From the NCBI GenBank assembly GCA_964016885.1, contig OZ024740.1:141050001-141114000 (forward strand): a stretch of 64,000 nucleotides of DNA. The letters run 5' to 3'. Source of the DNA: Eledone cirrhosa (taxonomy: Eukaryota). The notes beneath the pieces were generated by a model. That model made no database searches. It was not told the origin of the DNA and saw only the letters and a list, made by a program, of their open reading frames with translations. Positions 60,355-64,000 of the stretch are shown in pieces. Every line of letters begins with the position of its first letter. Positions within the stretch are counted from its first letter, which is position 1. A program made the position numbers and the translations under genes.

Positions 60355-61282
60355 ACAATCACCACCATCACCATCACTACCACCACCACCACCACCACGA
60401 CCATCACCACCACCACCACCACCACCACCACCACCAGCACAACCATCGCCATCACCATCACCACCACCACCATCACCATCACTACCACCACCACTACCAC
60501 CACCACCACCATTACCACCACCACCACCATCACCATCACCACCACCACCAAAACCCCCATCACCATCACTACTACCACCACCATCACAACCATCACCGCC
60601 ACAACCACCACAACCTCCACCACCACAACCACCATAACCACCAACACCATTACAACAACCATCACCACAACCACCATTACCACTACCATCACCACCACCA
60701 TCACCACCATCACCACCAGTATCATCACCACCACCACCATCACCATCACTACTACCACCACCATCACAACCACCACCACCACAACCACCAGCACCACCAT
60801 CACCACTACCATCACCACCACCATCACCACCACCATCAGCACCAGCCCCACCACCAGCACCACCACCACCATAACCACCATCAGCACCACTACCACCACC
60901 ACCACCATCACCATCACTACTACCACCACCATCACAACCACCATCACCACAACCACCACCATCACCACCATCACCACTACCATCACCACCACCATCACTA
61001 CCACCATCAGCACCACCACCATAACCACCACCATAACCACCATCACCACCACCACCATCACCACAACCAACATCACCACTACCATCACCACTACCATCAC
61101 CACCACCACCACCACCACCACCACCACCATAACAACCATCACCACCAGCATCATCACCACCACCACCATAACCACCATCGCAACTACAACCGCCATCACC
61201 ACCACCACTACCATATCCACCACCACCACCACGACCACCACCACCACAGCAACAACAACAACAATAACCACTGCCACAACAA
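60355..61282. repeat. (CAC/CAT)n low-complexity tract
   Basis: Direct reading. Confidence 0.93.
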
Positions 61283-61733
61283 AAATGATTTATTTGCCAT
61301 AGGGATATCGAATGAATGGAAAATAATTAAAAAAAAAAAAAACGAAAATGATTTTTCAACAACAACAACGAATACAAACAAGAGAAACAAATAAAATCAA
61401 AACAAAGATGAAACCAAAGGAACTTTCCAGAAATATAATTAGAATGACATATTAAGTTACAGTGAAATTCCATTTGTCTTTATAATTTCATTTAAATAGA
61501 AACCACCCACAATGCGCTTTGCCCTTAATTCCATCATCTACTAACTACAAACATGACAATGTCCACCCACTTGCATTGCAACCATTCTTTTGAACGTTCT
61601 CTCAGAGGTACAAGGCACATATTATACATCACACATGTAGTAATAAGTTCTCCAAATCCAATGTCTCACTTGTTGTTCTGTTATGTTCTATTTATTGCTG
61701 CATATATGTGTGTGAATGTACTATATATATATA

Positions 61734-61768
<35 letters not shown>

Positions 61769-61864
61769 CATCATCAGCATCGCCATTTTTCGTCCGTTCT
61801 TCCATGTTAAACTTATATATATATATAGTACATTCACACATATATGTGTATATGTATATACACG

Positions 61865-62026
<162 letters not shown>

Positions 62027-62030
62027 CGTG

Positions 62031-62063
<33 letters not shown>

Positions 62064-62069
<6 letters not shown>

Positions 62070-62770
62070 TATCGGAGAAAGCTTTTAGCGATACTCCGGC
62101 CAAATCCCAACTCACTCAACAAACATTAGGAAATAAGTGAGTATATTCCTAATTAAACGTTCGGGTGCTAACTAATTGTATTGTGTGGAAAATTGGGTGT
62201 TTGAATTTTTCTTTAGAACTGCTAGAGTAGCAACCTAGCGGATACCTCAAGCACTGATGGTGATTATCGCTAAATACTGATATTGATTTGATTATCAATA
62301 TTAGTGTTATTGGGCACCCACTGAAGAATTATAAGAGCCCACTTGAATATATATCTGTTGATCTTATACAAGCTCCTACATAAATTCGTATAATTTCACC
62401 CAAATTGTAGGAATCTTATAATGAAACGAGACGTCTGTCTGGGAAGAGATATATTCGATATGTCTCATATGAAATAATACAGCCAATTTTCCACACAATA
62501 CAATTAGTTAGCACCCCGAACGTTTAATTAGGAATATACTCACTTATTTCCTAATGTTTGTTGAGTGAGTTGGGATTTGGCCGGAGTATCGCTAAAAGCT
62601 TTCTCCAATAATGTATTTATTTATTTACTCTTGGTGCAACAGATATGAACTTCCTCATATAAGGTTTGACTCTCTTTGTTTATTTTTTTATATATGAATA
62701 TTGATTGTTTCTTGTATCTCATTCTGTTATTTTGCCCGAGAAAATATCTGTGTGTCATCAAACGATGTAC
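62064..62770 (+). mobile_element. PLE-like hairpin element; hammerhead 62317-62443 in the loop
   Basis: Arms 62064-62200/62479-62616; ccca CTGAAGA attataaga..tcttataat GAAAC gagacgtct GTC tggg. Confidence 0.85.
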
Positions 62771-63050
62771 ACACATGGATATATATACATATATATATAT
62801 ATATGCATATACATACATATATATACATACATATTTATATATGTGTATATATATATATATACATATATACATATATACATATACATACATATATATATAT
62901 TTATTTACGTATAGCATGGAGCATATGTGCATAAACACACATGCACCGTGTTGTATTATGACAGTATTGTGTTAGCTCAATGTACAAGAACAGAGCCGTT
63001 ATATGTAAAAGAAACCAAACAACGCTTACATACTCAAACAGTTTTTATTT

Positions 63051-63095
63051 GCTTACAATGTTTCATCCATACCGTTTGGTAGGAATCTTCAGAGC
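63051..63095 (-). ncRNA. Type I hammerhead in a PLE-like terminus
   Basis: gct CTGAAGA ttcctacc aaac ggtatggat GAAAC att GTA agc, followed by TTTGAGTATG; stem I only 3 bp. Confidence 0.65.
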
Positions 63096-64000
63096 TTCAT
63101 AAACCCAGTGCTGAGTATAAGCTCGACAAAGCCTAGTCACATGAACAATCGGAATGCAATAGAGGGTAAAGATGGTGAACCAGGAGGGGATACATGTTGG
63201 AGTTCTTAAGCACCACAGCTATATGCCAGGGCACAAGCAGATTTCACAAGATGCAGATACAATTGATGGCACACAAAAGCAAAAAATACAAGCAATGGTT
63301 AAAACAATAAAAAAAATAAAAGGAAGATAATATAAAGAGATAAAAAGTAAAAAGGTAAAAAAATGTTTAAAAATAAAAAAAAAGAAAGAAATAAAAGCAG
63401 AAATAAGAAAAATGTTTTAAACACATAAAGAAGCCAGAGGAATTTAAGCGCTGGTCCCTAATAAAATGAGTGAATAGGATCTCCGTAACTTATAGTTATA
63501 TAAGTATGAGGAAAGACCACAGTTATATAAGATCAGAAAGACCACAGTAATCAGAATCCCCGCCATGTTATACATATACAAGGTATACTGGTGGGTACCC
63601 AAATTACGTATCCCATGGGTGCTCCACAAGCATATAGATAAGTATCACATAAGTGCAAGCTATACACAAGCAAATTAGAGTTAATACAGGATAGAGCTGA
63701 GTATAACAAGTATATAGACAGGCATGACATATAAAGCAAACTATGCACAAGCAAATCGGGGTTATTGTAAGATAGAGCTGAAGCAAAAGCCCCACAATCT
63801 TATTTTAGTTACTGTAAAACCAACTGGCAAAGTTATTACACATGTATATTAACCGTATAAGCTAGACCAATCGGTTATATATTTCTCAAATGTCTAGGAG
63901 ATAAATAGAAATAGGATTGTCAGTAGAAAACTAATCTGTCTAAATAACACAACATATGTAGATCATTCAAAAGTACAAAATAGTTGGATATAAATTATCA

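Noticed and set aside
60277-61302. Thr-rich mucin-like ORF
   Set aside because: (ACC/ATC)n low complexity, open on both strands; no supporting domain.

Overview
AT-rich, repeat-saturated eukaryotic DNA with no recognisable host protein-coding exon. The microsatellite load and SINE/LINE families look like a coleoid cephalopod (octopus-type) genome, which is an inference. Most long ORFs in the track are microsatellite translations. The real coding remnants are all retroelements: a near full-length frameshifted RTE LINE (12812-16592, -), a 5'-truncated Tx1/L1-type LINE (35825-38270, +), RTE-X pieces (47.3-50.9 kb), an R4/Dong-like 3' end, and a Penelope-type GIY-YIG fragment (30861-31004) that the ORF track misses. 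The window also holds hAT MITEs with 8-bp TSDs, a composite Helitron, many tRNA-derived SINEs and bipartite non-autonomous RTE derivatives. The main discovery is about 20 full or near-full type I hammerhead ribozyme motifs plus several half-motifs, folded by eye, in roughly a dozen sequence-unrelated short elements. These are mostly inserted in (TA)n/(CA)n microsatellites and often fold back as inverted repeats with a hammerhead on both strands. Their inversion points cluster in or at the ribozyme, they share a 3' ATTGAGYAC-like motif, and they nest inside one another. They are best read as termini or non-autonomous derivatives of Penelope-like retroelements (PLEs). All folds and alignments were done manually and need computational confirmation.
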